Under the pieces are notes generated by a model. It had not been told where the DNA came from. It worked only from the letters and a program-made list of their open reading frames with translations, and did no database searches. Shown here piece after piece: positions 19,653 through 28,735 of a DNA stretch of 64,000 bases (position 1 is the first letter of the stretch; each line of letters begins with the position of its first letter). The stretch is from Prevotella sp. CAG:279 (GTDB lineage: Bacteria; Bacillota; Clostridia; Lachnospirales; Lachnospiraceae). A program made the translations under genes and the position numbers. The stretch spans positions 9,057 through 73,056 of the forward strand of contig CAVIGE010000004.1 of NCBI GenBank assembly GCA_963642325.1, written 5' to 3'.

Positions 19653-20552
19653 ATGTTTGATAAGAATAAAGTAAAACTTGGTATTGCACCAATTGCATGG
19701 ACAAACGATGATATGCCAGACCTTGGTAAAGAGAATACTTTTGAGCAGTGCGTCAGTGAGATGGCACTTGCTGGTTTCACAGGCTCCGAGGTTGGTAACA
19801 AATATCCGAAAGACCCGGAAGTTCTCAAGAAAGCTCTTGAGCTTCGTGGTGTCGAGATTTGTAACCAGTGGTTCTCAAGCTTCCTTATCACCAAACCATT
19901 TGAGGAAGTTGAGAAAGAGTTCCGTGTACAGCTTACATTCCTGAAGGCTATGGGAGCGAAAGTGATCGGCGCTTCCGAGCAGAGTCACAGTGTTCAGGGA
20001 CAGCTGGATACTCCGATCTTCGGCCATAAATATGTGATGAATGACGAAGAGTGGGATACCTTCTGCACAGGCATGAACAAACTTGGTAAGATCGCAAAAG
20101 AGGAGTATGGTATTGCCCTTACTTTCCACCATCATATGGGAACTGTTGTACAGAGCCTTGAAGAAGTTGACCGCATGATGGAGAATACAGATCCGGAATA
20201 TGTAAGCCTTCTTTTTGACACAGGCCACTTTACATACTGTGGAGAGGATCCTTTGAAGGTTGTTAAGAAATATGTACACAGAATCAAACATGTACATCTG
20301 AAGGATATCCGTCCGGAGGTTGTGGAGCAGGTTAAGAAGGAGAATATGAGCTTCCTTGCAGGTGTAAGAGCTGGTGCGTTCACAATTCCAGGAGATGGCT
20401 GCATTAATTATGATCCGATTTTCAAGGTTCTTGAGGATGCTGGATATGAAGGGTACATGGTTGTAGAGGCAGAGCAGGATCCGGCTAAGGCCAACCCGCT
20501 TGAGTATGCGATCCGCGCAAGAAAATTCATTGCAGAGAAAACAGGCTTGTAA
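19653..20552 (+). CDS. iolE: Myo-inosose-2 dehydratase
   Basis: GIAPIAWTNDD, HHHMGT, HVHLKD and VVEAEQDP motifs. Confidence 0.96.
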   Translation: MFDKNKVKLGIAPIAWTNDDMPDLGKENTFEQCVSEMALAGFTGSEVGNKYPKDPEVLKKALELRGVEICNQWFSSFLITKPFEEVEKEFRVQLTFLKAMGAKVIGASEQSHSVQGQLDTPIFGHKYVMNDEEWDTFCTGMNKLGKIAKEEYGIALTFHHHMGTVVQSLEEVDRMMENTDPEYVSLLFDTGHFTYCGEDPLKVVKKYVHRIKHVHLKDIRPEVVEQVKKENMSFLAGVRAGAFTIPGDGCINYDPIFKVLEDAGYEGYMVVEAEQDPAKANPLEYAIRARKFIAEKTGL

Positions 20553-20567
20553 AAAAATATGATCAGA

Positions 20568-20613
20568 CAGAAAAGCGGTATCAGCCAGAAGTGCGTAGAC
20601 ACCGCTTTTTCTG
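20568..20613 (+). terminator. Stem-loop after iolE
   Basis: AAAAGCGGT...ACCGCTTTTT. Confidence 0.6.
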
Positions 20614-20622
20614 TAAATAATA

Positions 20623-20668
20623 GAAGCTGTTCAGTACCTCGCAAAATAGCAGACTGCTGAATGGTTAG
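20623..20668. repeat. Dispersed palindromic repeat, family B
   Basis: Reverse complement shares TTCAGCAGTCTGCT and GGTACTG with 34349-34395; imperfect terminal inverted repeats. Confidence 0.7.
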
Positions 20669-20703
20669 AGATAATGTACGATTAACAGGACAGGAGGTTT
20701 ATC

Positions 20704-21549
20704 ATGGCACTTGTGAAAATGAAAGAGCTGCTGAAGCGTGCCGAGGAGAAGAATATTGGCTGTGGTGCTTTCAGCGTTGGCAGTATGGAGATGGTAAAAG
20801 GCGCGATCCGTGCTGCAGAGGAACTGGATACACCGATCATTCTTCAGATTGCGGAGGTTCGTCTCAAAAATTCCCCACTTCATCTGATGGGGCCGATGAT
20901 GGTGCAGGCTGCGAAAGAGGCAAAGGTGGATGTGGCTGTCCATCTGGATCACGGCCTTACTTTTGAGACCGTTGACAAGGCTCTTGAGCTTGGATTCACA
21001 TCTGTAATGCTGGATGCTTCCACACTTCCTTTTGAGGAAAATATTGAAAAGGTAAAAACGGTTGTAAAGAAAGCACAGAAATACGGCGCGACTGTGGAGG
21101 CTGAGCTTGGCCTGGTTGGCGGAAGCGAGGACGGAAGCTGTGACCATGGAATCCGCTGTACAGATCCGGATGATGCCGTTATCTATGCAAGAGAGACCGG
21201 AATTGATGCGCTTGCAGTTGCCATCGGTAATGCCCATGGCAATTATCCGGTAGCACCGACACTTGCTTTTGATGTGCTGGAGAAGATCCACGAAAAGGTC
21301 GATATCCCGCTGGTGCTTCATGGTGGAAGTGGTATCACAGACAAAGATTTCCAGAGGGCGATTTCTCTTGGTATCCGCAAGGTAAATATTGCGACAGCAA
21401 GCTTCAACAGCCTGACTGCCCATGTGGAGAAATATATGGCTTCCACAGAGAAGCATAATTTCTTTGATCTCAATGAGGCAATGGTACAGGGAACATATGA
21501 GAATGTAAAGAGACATATCCTTGTATTCAATGAGCCGTATCAGGGTTAA
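20704..21549 (+). CDS. iolJ: Class II aldolase, probably 6-phospho-5-dehydro-2-deoxy-D-gluconate aldolase
   Basis: VHLDHG, GNAHG, LVLHGGSG, KVNI class II motifs; substrate inferred from position after iolE. Confidence 0.75.
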   Translation: MALVKMKELLKRAEEKNIGCGAFSVGSMEMVKGAIRAAEELDTPIILQIAEVRLKNSPLHLMGPMMVQAAKEAKVDVAVHLDHGLTFETVDKALELGFTSVMLDASTLPFEENIEKVKTVVKKAQKYGATVEAELGLVGGSEDGSCDHGIRCTDPDDAVIYARETGIDALAVAIGNAHGNYPVAPTLAFDVLEKIHEKVDIPLVLHGGSGITDKDFQRAISLGIRKVNIATASFNSLTAHVEKYMASTEKHNFFDLNEAMVQGTYENVKRHILVFNEPYQG

Positions 21550-21590
21550 GGGATTTCCCTGGAAACCTTGTAAAAACAGTAAAGGTCTGA

Positions 21591-21629
21591 TAAGATGTTC
21601 TCAGTAAAAATACTGGGAACATCTTTTTT
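21591..21629 (+). terminator. Intrinsic terminator
   Basis: AAGATGTTCTCAGT-AAAAAT-ACTGGGAACATCTT plus T tract. Confidence 0.8.
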
Positions 21630-21659
21630 GTGCCCATGAAAGAGGAGAGATAAAGAACA

Positions 21660-22835
21660 ATGGAACAGAAAGAGACTGTCTGTTCAGCTGCGAAGAAGTG
21701 CGGAGGATGCCGCTATCAGGGCGTGCCTTACAGGGAACAGCTTCGCAAAAAACAGAGATACACGGAAAAGCTTCTGAATAAATTCGGTAAGGTTGAGCCG
21801 ATCATCGGTATGGAAGAACCGTACTATTACAGAAATAAAGTCCACGCAGCCTTTGGACGCGACAGAAAGGGAAATGTTATTTCCGGAATTTATGAGGAAA
21901 AGAGTCACCGCATTGTTTCGGTGGATGATTGCATGATCGAGGATAAAAAGAGCCAGGAGATCATCCGCACGGTCCGTAGTATGCTGAAATCTTTTAAGAT
22001 CAAGACTTATGATGAGGATACAGGGTATGGCCTGCTTCGCCATGTGCTTGTGAGAAGCGGCTTTTCTACGGGGGAGATCATGGTGGTGCTTGTAGCAGCT
22101 TCCCCGATCTTTCCATCTAAGAACAATTTTGTGAAAGCTTTAAGAAAAGAACATCCGGAAATAACCACAGTTGTTCTGAATGTAAATGACAGGCAGACCA
22201 GTATGGTACTTGGAGAACGCAACATCGTGCTTTATGGCCCCGGGTTCATTAAAGACCGTCTTATGGGACTGACATTTCGTATTTCGCCGTCCTCCTTCTA
22301 TCAGGTGAATCCTGTGCAGACAGAAATCCTCTATGGAAAGGCAATGGAATTTGCAGCAATGACAGGAAAAGAGCGAGTGATCGATGCCTACTGTGGTACA
22401 GGCACCATCGGACTCATTGCGGCAGGAAAGGCCAGGGATGTGACGGGTGTGGAGCTGAACCGTGATGCCATCCGTGATGCCAGAATGAATGCGAGGGAAA
22501 ATAAGATCCGCAATGTCCGTTTTGTTTCGGGAGATGCAGGCTGGTTTATGGAAGGACTGGCAGCAGAGGGGGAGAAGGCTGGCGTTGTTCTCATGGATCC
22601 GCCCCGTGCTGGTAGTGACCGTAAATTCCTGCATTCCCTTTTGAGTCTTTCACCGGAAAAGATTGTCTATGTATCGTGTAACCCGGAGACTCTGGCGAGA
22701 GATCTTGATTATCTTACAAAGAGAGATTACCTGGTGAAAAAGATGCAGCCGGTTGATATGTTCCCTGTTACCGATTCGGTCGAAGTCGTCTGCCTCCTTG
22801 AAAACCGCAGGATGAGAACCGGAAGAAACAGGTGA
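21660..22835 (+). CDS. rlmD: 23S rRNA (uracil-5)-methyltransferase RlmD family
   Basis: CGGC, SFYQVN, DAYCGTG, MDPPRAG, YVSCNPETLARD, VDMFP. Confidence 0.92.
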   Translation: MEQKETVCSAAKKCGGCRYQGVPYREQLRKKQRYTEKLLNKFGKVEPIIGMEEPYYYRNKVHAAFGRDRKGNVISGIYEEKSHRIVSVDDCMIEDKKSQEIIRTVRSMLKSFKIKTYDEDTGYGLLRHVLVRSGFSTGEIMVVLVAASPIFPSKNNFVKALRKEHPEITTVVLNVNDRQTSMVLGERNIVLYGPGFIKDRLMGLTFRISPSSFYQVNPVQTEILYGKAMEFAAMTGKERVIDAYCGTGTIGLIAAGKARDVTGVELNRDAIRDARMNARENKIRNVRFVSGDAGWFMEGLAAEGEKAGVVLMDPPRAGSDRKFLHSLLSLSPEKIVYVSCNPETLARDLDYLTKRDYLVKKMQPVDMFPVTDSVEVVCLLENRRMRTGRNR

Positions 22836-22865
22836 TATAAAGTTTTAAGGGGAAGGTGGTTCTGC

Positions 22866-23690
22866 TCAGCTTTTTGGAAGGTCACAGTGGTATGCAATGC
22901 CAAGCGGTGTGACAAGGAGAGGATGCACGGGCCTGTATACGGGAAGCTTCAGCTTCTTTTCGAATACGGCTGTGAACTCCTTGAACATGCAGGACCCACC
23001 TACAACATAAACTTCCGGAACCTGATAGCCCTGAAGAAATTTTTCGGTGATAACGGCCATTTTTTCTATGGTAGCTTTGATCACTGGAAAAATTTCCTCT
23101 TCTTTTTCAGGGGTGATTTTAAGGATTTCAGCTTCCTCATAAGGAATTTTATAGTGTCCGGCAACAGTCATGGTCATATGGCTGCCGCCTGTGGCCTCAT
23201 CATCTGTGTAGATCACTTTGCCATCCTTCAGGATGCTGATGCCTGTTGTGCCGCCGCCGACATCCACAACTGCGCCGTCTGTGATCTTTAATACAGAAGC
23301 GGCAGCAGTTGGTTCGTCCACGATCTTTGTGACCTCAAAGCCCGCTCCTTCCAGAACATAGCCGATGCTTTTGACGCTTCCTTCGGAAACTCCGGGTGGG
23401 ATGGCTGCTGCTCCGTAGAGAAGCTCTGTGTCAAGCTTTTCCTCCAGCTCCTGTTTCAGCCTGGTCACAAGCTGGACGGATTCATAATAATTCACGATCA
23501 CGCCGTCACGGATCGCCTGGGAAGGCGCGGAGGCTCCGGCAACGGGGCGGTTATTGCGGTCAACAACAGCAAGGACGGTGTTGGCCGTGCCAAGGTCAAC
23601 GCCGACCTTGAGCCGCCCGCGGAATTTTTTGCATTCACCTGTCTGTACTAGCTCTGCGAAATTGGACAGAGTTCTGTTTTTTAATTCCAT
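22866..23690 (-). CDS. eutJ: EutJ family Hsp70/actin-like protein
   Basis: GVDLGTAN, AIPPG, DEPTAAA, VDVGGGTTG, ATGGSHM and VTPLGIA motifs. Confidence 0.88.
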   Translation of the reverse strand: MELKNRTLSNFAELVQTGECKKFRGRLKVGVDLGTANTVLAVVDRNNRPVAGASAPSQAIRDGVIVNYYESVQLVTRLKQELEEKLDTELLYGAAAIPPGVSEGSVKSIGYVLEGAGFEVTKIVDEPTAAASVLKITDGAVVDVGGGTTGISILKDGKVIYTDDEATGGSHMTMTVAGHYKIPYEEAEILKITPEKEEEIFPVIKATIEKMAVITEKFLQGYQVPEVYVVGGSCMFKEFTAVFEKKLKLPVYRPVHPLLVTPLGIAYHCDLPKS

Positions 23691-23702
23691 TAAAAATCTC
23701 CT

Positions 23703-25835
23703 TTAATAATTACGTCCTGTAAAAATGGCAACGGATCTTGGGCGCATACAGAAATCGTGTTCAATACGCGGCTCCGTTCCTTCATTGTAGAAATACCGGC
23801 CCTCTCCGTCACCGAAGGTATTGACGCAGAGATACCACGCGCCAGGGCGGGCAAGGTCAGGAAGGGTGATCGTAACATCTTCCCAGTACGCATTGACCGC
23901 GATATAGATCAGATCATCTGTACCTTTGGATTTGTCGTAGCCTGCAAAGCTTACGGCAAAAGTATGGGCATCTCTTGGAATAGTTACGTCCCTTGCATCG
24001 ATATTATGAGTGTGGATATTTTCCATGCCACATACAGCATTCGGAAGCTGGCGGGAGATAACCGGATGCGCTTTTCGGAAGTGGATCATGAATTTGAAAA
24101 ATTCGAAAAGATCATGATTCTTCTCCAGAAGATTCCAGTTGATCCAGGAGGTTTCGTTATCCTGACAGTAGGTGTTGTTGTTTCCGTGCTTGGTATTTCC
24201 GAACTCGTCACCGGCAAGGAACATCGGCGTTCCGCGGCTTGACATCAGTACAGCGCAGGCATTGCGGATCATGCGGAAACGCAGGGAAAGAACTTCCGGA
24301 TTGGTGGAATCTCCTTCCTCGCCACAATTCCAGCTCCGGTTGTCATTGGAACCATCGGTATTGTTCCATCCGTTTGCCTCGTTGTGTTTCTCATTGTAGG
24401 AATAAAGATCATACAGGGTAAAACCATCGTGGCAGGTGAGAAAATTGACGCAGGAGTTGTAGCCGGCATAATTGTCGTTATGGTCTGAATAAAAGCCTCC
24501 GTAAAGATCTCCGGAACCGGAAATACTCCATGCGGCATCCCAGGCATTCCAGAAGTCACCTTTCAGGAAGGAGCGGAGACAGTCGCGGTAACGTCCGTTC
24601 CACTCAGCCCATCTGCGGCTGGCAGGGAAAGAACCTACCTGATAGAGTCCGCCGGCATCCCAGGCCTCAGCGATGAGCTTGACATTTCTAAGTGCAGGGT
24701 CATAGGCGAGAAGCTCCAGAAGAGGCGGATTATTAAGCGGGGAACCATCCTCGTGCCTTCCAAGGATACTGGCAAGGTCAAAACGGAAGCCGTCCACACG
24801 ATAGTTGATGGTCCAGTAGCGCAGGCATTCCAGGATCATCTGGCGGACGATGGGGTGGTTGCAGTTTAAGGTGTTTCCGCAGCCGCTGAAATTGTAGTAA
24901 TTTCCCTCAGGGGTGAGCATATAATAAACTTTATTGTCAAAGCCTTTGAAGCAGAAGGTTTTGCCCAGCTCGTTGCCCTCGGCTGTGTGGTTAAATACAA
25001 CATCCAGGATAACCTCGATCCCGTTTTCGTGAAGCTCGCGGATCAGTTCCTTCAGCTCGGTTCCCTCACAGTTATGTTCGGGCCTGGAAGCGTAGCTGGT
25101 ATTCGGGGAAAAGAAATTAACGGAATTATATCCCCAGTATTCCAGAAGCCGTTTTCCGTCTACGGTACGGGCATTCATGTTCTCATCGAATTCAAAGATT
25201 GGCATCAGCTCTACTGCGTTGATCCCAAGCTCTTTAAGATACGGGATTTTTTCTCTCAGACCGGCAAAGGTTCCCGGGTGCTTAACCCTGGAGGATGAAT
25301 CCTGGGTAAATCCGCGGACGTGAAGTTCATAGATGATAAGGTCGCTGATCTTACGTGTTGACTGTGGCATGTCCTCCCAGTCAAAGATATCACGTACAAC
25401 GCGGGCATGATAGCTTCCGATCTTCTTCTGGCCCCATTCGCGCTGACCTGCAACTGCCTTTGCATAAGGATCGAGAAGAACCTTTGTCTTGTCAAAAATG
25501 TGCCCCTTCTCGGGCTCATACGGACCGTCAACGCGGTATCCGTATTCCAGGTCTTCGATGTCAAGATCCATGACGATCATGGAGTAGACATCGCCGATAC
25601 GACAGGCATTTGGGAAGGGAAGAACTGCGAAGGGTTCCTCCTCTCCGGAATGGAAAAGAAGAAGCTCGCAGGATGTACCATGACGGGTATGTGCAGTGAA
25701 ATTAACTCCGTTGGAAAGCGGAGTTGCACCATTCAATTCAAAAAAACCGGGACGTACAGGAAATCCCGCAATGATGTCTGTTGGGCGGGAAGTCAGCACT
25801 TTTTCAGAAAGCAGAGCCTGGTTCTGGGTTTTCAT
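23703..25835 (-). CDS. glgX: Glycogen debranching enzyme / isoamylase (GH13)
   Basis: YELHVRGFT, YWGY, DVVFNHTAEG, DGFRFDLA, AEAWD, CHDGFTL; start set at AAGGAGG-ATG. Confidence 0.93.
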   Translation of the reverse strand: MKTQNQALLSEKVLTSRPTDIIAGFPVRPGFFELNGATPLSNGVNFTAHTRHGTSCELLLFHSGEEEPFAVLPFPNACRIGDVYSMIVMDLDIEDLEYGYRVDGPYEPEKGHIFDKTKVLLDPYAKAVAGQREWGQKKIGSYHARVVRDIFDWEDMPQSTRKISDLIIYELHVRGFTQDSSSRVKHPGTFAGLREKIPYLKELGINAVELMPIFEFDENMNARTVDGKRLLEYWGYNSVNFFSPNTSYASRPEHNCEGTELKELIRELHENGIEVILDVVFNHTAEGNELGKTFCFKGFDNKVYYMLTPEGNYYNFSGCGNTLNCNHPIVRQMILECLRYWTINYRVDGFRFDLASILGRHEDGSPLNNPPLLELLAYDPALRNVKLIAEAWDAGGLYQVGSFPASRRWAEWNGRYRDCLRSFLKGDFWNAWDAAWSISGSGDLYGGFYSDHNDNYAGYNSCVNFLTCHDGFTLYDLYSYNEKHNEANGWNNTDGSNDNRSWNCGEEGDSTNPEVLSLRFRMIRNACAVLMSSRGTPMFLAGDEFGNTKHGNNNTYCQDNETSWINWNLLEKNHDLFEFFKFMIHFRKAHPVISRQLPNAVCGMENIHTHNIDARDVTIPRDAHTFAVSFAGYDKSKGTDDLIYIAVNAYWEDVTITLPDLARPGAWYLCVNTFGDGEGRYFYNEGTEPRIEHDFCMRPRSVAIFTGRNY

Positions 25836-26004
25836 TTCCGGTATCCTCCTTGGTAATATATTGTCTGGCAGAATGTGATCTGCCGAATAGTCATAACAAG
25901 GGTTATTATAACTTATTTTCAGAAAAAAGTACAGGTTGTGTGAACCAAAGTTGACAGCTGCAGCAGAAATATGGTAAAAGCTTGTATTGGGATGAGGTGA
26001 AAAC

Positions 26005-26691
26005 ATGAATGACAGAGAGAAAAGAGAGCTTCTGGATGTTTTGAAGAGAAGCAGATTATGCAGAAATTTAAAAGAGGATGAATTGGAACGGCTGCTGGTA
26101 AGGGAAGGGACGGTACGGTCCTTTTTAAGGGGAGAGAGGATTTTTCAGGAGATGGACAGACCAGCAGCCGTATATGTTCTTCTTAGTGGCAGTGTGATCA
26201 TTGCGAAAGATACTTTTTCGGGGAAAAGAATCCTGCTGACGCAGCTGGAAATGCCCGGTGCCCTGTTCGGGGAGGTTTACGCTTTTATGGGAAAAGCTTC
26301 CTATGATATGTATGTGGAAGCTGCACAGAAGACATTGGTGCTGGTGCTGGATAACCGGATCTTTACCGGAAGGGAGGATGAGCTGGGAAGGAAGCTCCGT
26401 GAAAATCTTCTTGAGGTTTTTGCAGAGAAGGCTTACAATATGAACCAGAAGCTTCGGATTCTGGGAAGTGGTACCCTGAGGGAGAGGATTGTCCGTTTTC
26501 TCATGGAGTGTCAGGATAGTGAAGGCGTGATCCATATGAATCTGTCCAGAGAAGAGATGGCAGATTATCTGAATATCACAAGACCGTCACTTTCCAGGGA
26601 GTTGGGAAAAATGCAGGAAGAAGGAATTCTGAAATTATCCAGGCGGCAGATTTTTGTAACGGATCAGGAAAAATTTGAACTTTATCTCTGA
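26005..26691 (+). CDS. Crp/Fnr family regulator (HcpR-like)
   Basis: cNMP-binding domain (FGEV); HTH SREEMADYLNITRPSLSREL. Confidence 0.88.
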   Translation: MNDREKRELLDVLKRSRLCRNLKEDELERLLVREGTVRSFLRGERIFQEMDRPAAVYVLLSGSVIIAKDTFSGKRILLTQLEMPGALFGEVYAFMGKASYDMYVEAAQKTLVLVLDNRIFTGREDELGRKLRENLLEVFAEKAYNMNQKLRILGSGTLRERIVRFLMECQDSEGVIHMNLSREEMADYLNITRPSLSRELGKMQEEGILKLSRRQIFVTDQEKFELYL

Positions 26692-26692
26692 A

Positions 26693-26735
26693 CGTAACAT
26701 ATGTTACGGAGTGTTTTCGCTGATTTTTATATAAT
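26693..26735 (+). promoter_or_regulatory. Crp/Fnr (HcpR-type) box at about -41.5 plus -10 element
   Basis: Perfect palindrome CGTAACATATGTTACG (26693-26708); TATAAT at 26730-26735. Confidence 0.8.
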
Positions 26736-26787
26736 GTAAAACAGATAACAACTGTAAGAAATATAGAAATCAGGGAGAGATGATATT

Positions 26788-27531
26788 ATGATAAGAAAGA
26801 TCGTACACATTGATGAAGAGAAATGTAACGGCTGCGGAGCCTGTGCAGCTGCCTGCCATGAAGGGGCTATTGCCATGATCGATGGCAGGGCGAAACTGCT
26901 CCGGGATGATTACTGTGATGGACTGGGAGACTGCCTTCCGGCCTGCCCGGCAGATGCAATCCGTATTATAGAGCGTGAAGCAGCAGATTATGATGCGGAA
27001 GCAGTAGAAGAAAGAATGAAGCTGAGAAAAACAATGGCTTCCAAAGCGAAAAATCCAGGGACACCGCATGTATGTCCTGGAAGTATGGCAAGAAGCCTGA
27101 AACCAAAGCAGGAACAGCCGGGTTTATCAGAGAAACCGACAGTCTGGAATATGGCACAGCAAAGCCGTCTGGCCCAGTGGCCGGTACAGATCAAATTAGT
27201 TCCTGTAAATGCACCATATTTTGAAAATGCACAGCTTCTGATCGCGGCTGACTGCACAGCGTATGCTTATGCAGGTTTTCATGAAAAATTCATGAAGGAT
27301 CACGTAACACTGATTGGATGCCCCAAGCTTGATGAAGGAGATTATGCAGATAAGCTTACGGAGATCATACAGAACAATTCCATCCGTAGTATCCGGATTG
27401 TCCGCATGGAGGTTCCCTGCTGCGGAGGCATTGAGAATGCAGTGATCCGCGCTATGCAGCGAAGTGGAAAGATGATTCCATGGCAGGTAGTGACCATTGC
27501 CTGTGACGGCACGATCAGAGAGGAGCTGTAA
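26788..27531 (+). CDS. 4Fe-4S ferredoxin-domain protein (type usually found beside hcp)
   Basis: CNGCGACAAAC, CDGLGDCLPACP, QWPVQ, IAADC, GCPKLD, MEVPCCG. Confidence 0.85.
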   Translation: MIRKIVHIDEEKCNGCGACAAACHEGAIAMIDGRAKLLRDDYCDGLGDCLPACPADAIRIIEREAADYDAEAVEERMKLRKTMASKAKNPGTPHVCPGSMARSLKPKQEQPGLSEKPTVWNMAQQSRLAQWPVQIKLVPVNAPYFENAQLLIAADCTAYAYAGFHEKFMKDHVTLIGCPKLDEGDYADKLTEIIQNNSIRSIRIVRMEVPCCGGIENAVIRAMQRSGKMIPWQVVTIACDGTIREEL

Positions 27532-27550
27532 GGAAAGGAATAAAAACAGC

Positions 27551-28735
27551 ATGAGTGAAGAAACACTGGAGATTTCTTTTGACCAGATAGAAAAAGAGAG
27601 GGAAAAATATCTTCTGGTAGATACCCGTGATAAGGTAACGGTTGAATATGGAATGATCCCCGGAGCGATCTCTGTTCCGGAGCTGGAGCTTATGGAACGT
27701 GCCGGGGAACTGAAAGGAGACAGGATTCCGGTTCTTTATTGTACCAGAGGCCTTTTCAGCCAGGAGGGAGCACAGGCACTTCGGGAAAAAGGTATCCCTG
27801 CCCTCAGCTTAAAGGGGGGCTATACAGGATGGCTTTTTGCTCAGATGCAGAAAGAAATGTCCAATAAAGAGGACAGTGACGTGGATGAAAAAGCTGCACT
27901 GGAGCAGCGGAGAGCGGATATCGAGCTGAGTATCCGCAAGAAATTCCACAAGCAGCTGTTTTCCAGGTTTGCAAGAGGGATCAATGATTATGAGCTTGTG
28001 AAGCCAGGAGACAAGATTGCAGTCTGTATCTCTGGCGGCAAGGATTCCATGCTTATGGCGAAGCTGTTTCAGGAGCTGAAAAGACATAACAAGTTTCCGT
28101 TTGAGCTTGTATTTCTTGTGATGGATCCTGGTTATAATGAAGCTAACCGTACCGTGATCGAGCACAATGCAAAGCTCCTTGGAATCCCGATCACCGTATT
28201 TGATACAGAGATCTTTGATGCGGTCTATAATGTGGAGAAATCACCGTGTTATCTCTGTGCCCGCATGAGAAGAGGCTATCTCTACAGTAAAGCAAAAGAG
28301 CTGGGCTGCAACAAGATTGCACTTGGGCATCATTATGATGATGTGATCGAGACTATTCTTATGGGAATGCTTTACGGAGCTCAGGTACAGACTATGATGC
28401 CGAAGCTTCACAGTACGAATTTTGAGGGGATGCAGCTGATCCGTCCGATGTATCTGATCCGGGAGGCCGATATCAAGCACTGGAGAGATTATAATGACCT
28501 GCATTTTATCCAGTGCGCCTGTAAGTTTACAGATACCTGTACCACCTGCCGTACAGACGGTACCAGTGTTTCCAAGCGCATGGAGATCAAAAATCTGATC
28601 GCAGAGCTTAAGAAGGTCAATCCTCATGTTGAAAGTAATATTTTTAGAAGTGTGGAGAATGTCAATCTTCATACAGTGATCGCCTATAAGAAGGATGGCG
28701 TGAAGCATTCCTTCCTGGAAGGCTATGATGACTGA
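27551..28735 (+). CDS. Rhodanese domain fused to TtcA-family tRNA thiolase
   Basis: N-terminal rhodanese (LVDTR, MIPGAI, YCTRG, LKGGY); PP-loop SGGKDS, SPCYLC, GHHYDD, LIRP. Confidence 0.85.
   Translation: MSEETLEISFDQIEKEREKYLLVDTRDKVTVEYGMIPGAISVPELELMERAGELKGDRIPVLYCTRGLFSQEGAQALREKGIPALSLKGGYTGWLFAQMQKEMSNKEDSDVDEKAALEQRRADIELSIRKKFHKQLFSRFARGINDYELVKPGDKIAVCISGGKDSMLMAKLFQELKRHNKFPFELVFLVMDPGYNEANRTVIEHNAKLLGIPITVFDTEIFDAVYNVEKSPCYLCARMRRGYLYSKAKELGCNKIALGHHYDDVIETILMGMLYGAQVQTMMPKLHSTNFEGMQLIRPMYLIREADIKHWRDYNDLHFIQCACKFTDTCTTCRTDGTSVSKRMEIKNLIAELKKVNPHVESNIFRSVENVNLHTVIAYKKDGVKHSFLEGYDD

Noticed and set aside
26693..26708. GTAAC/GTTAC palindrome as another copy of the mobile repeat
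   Set aside because: 4-bp spacer and class II promoter position fit a Crp/Fnr box; it lacks the TGTTCA/TATTCA inner arms.
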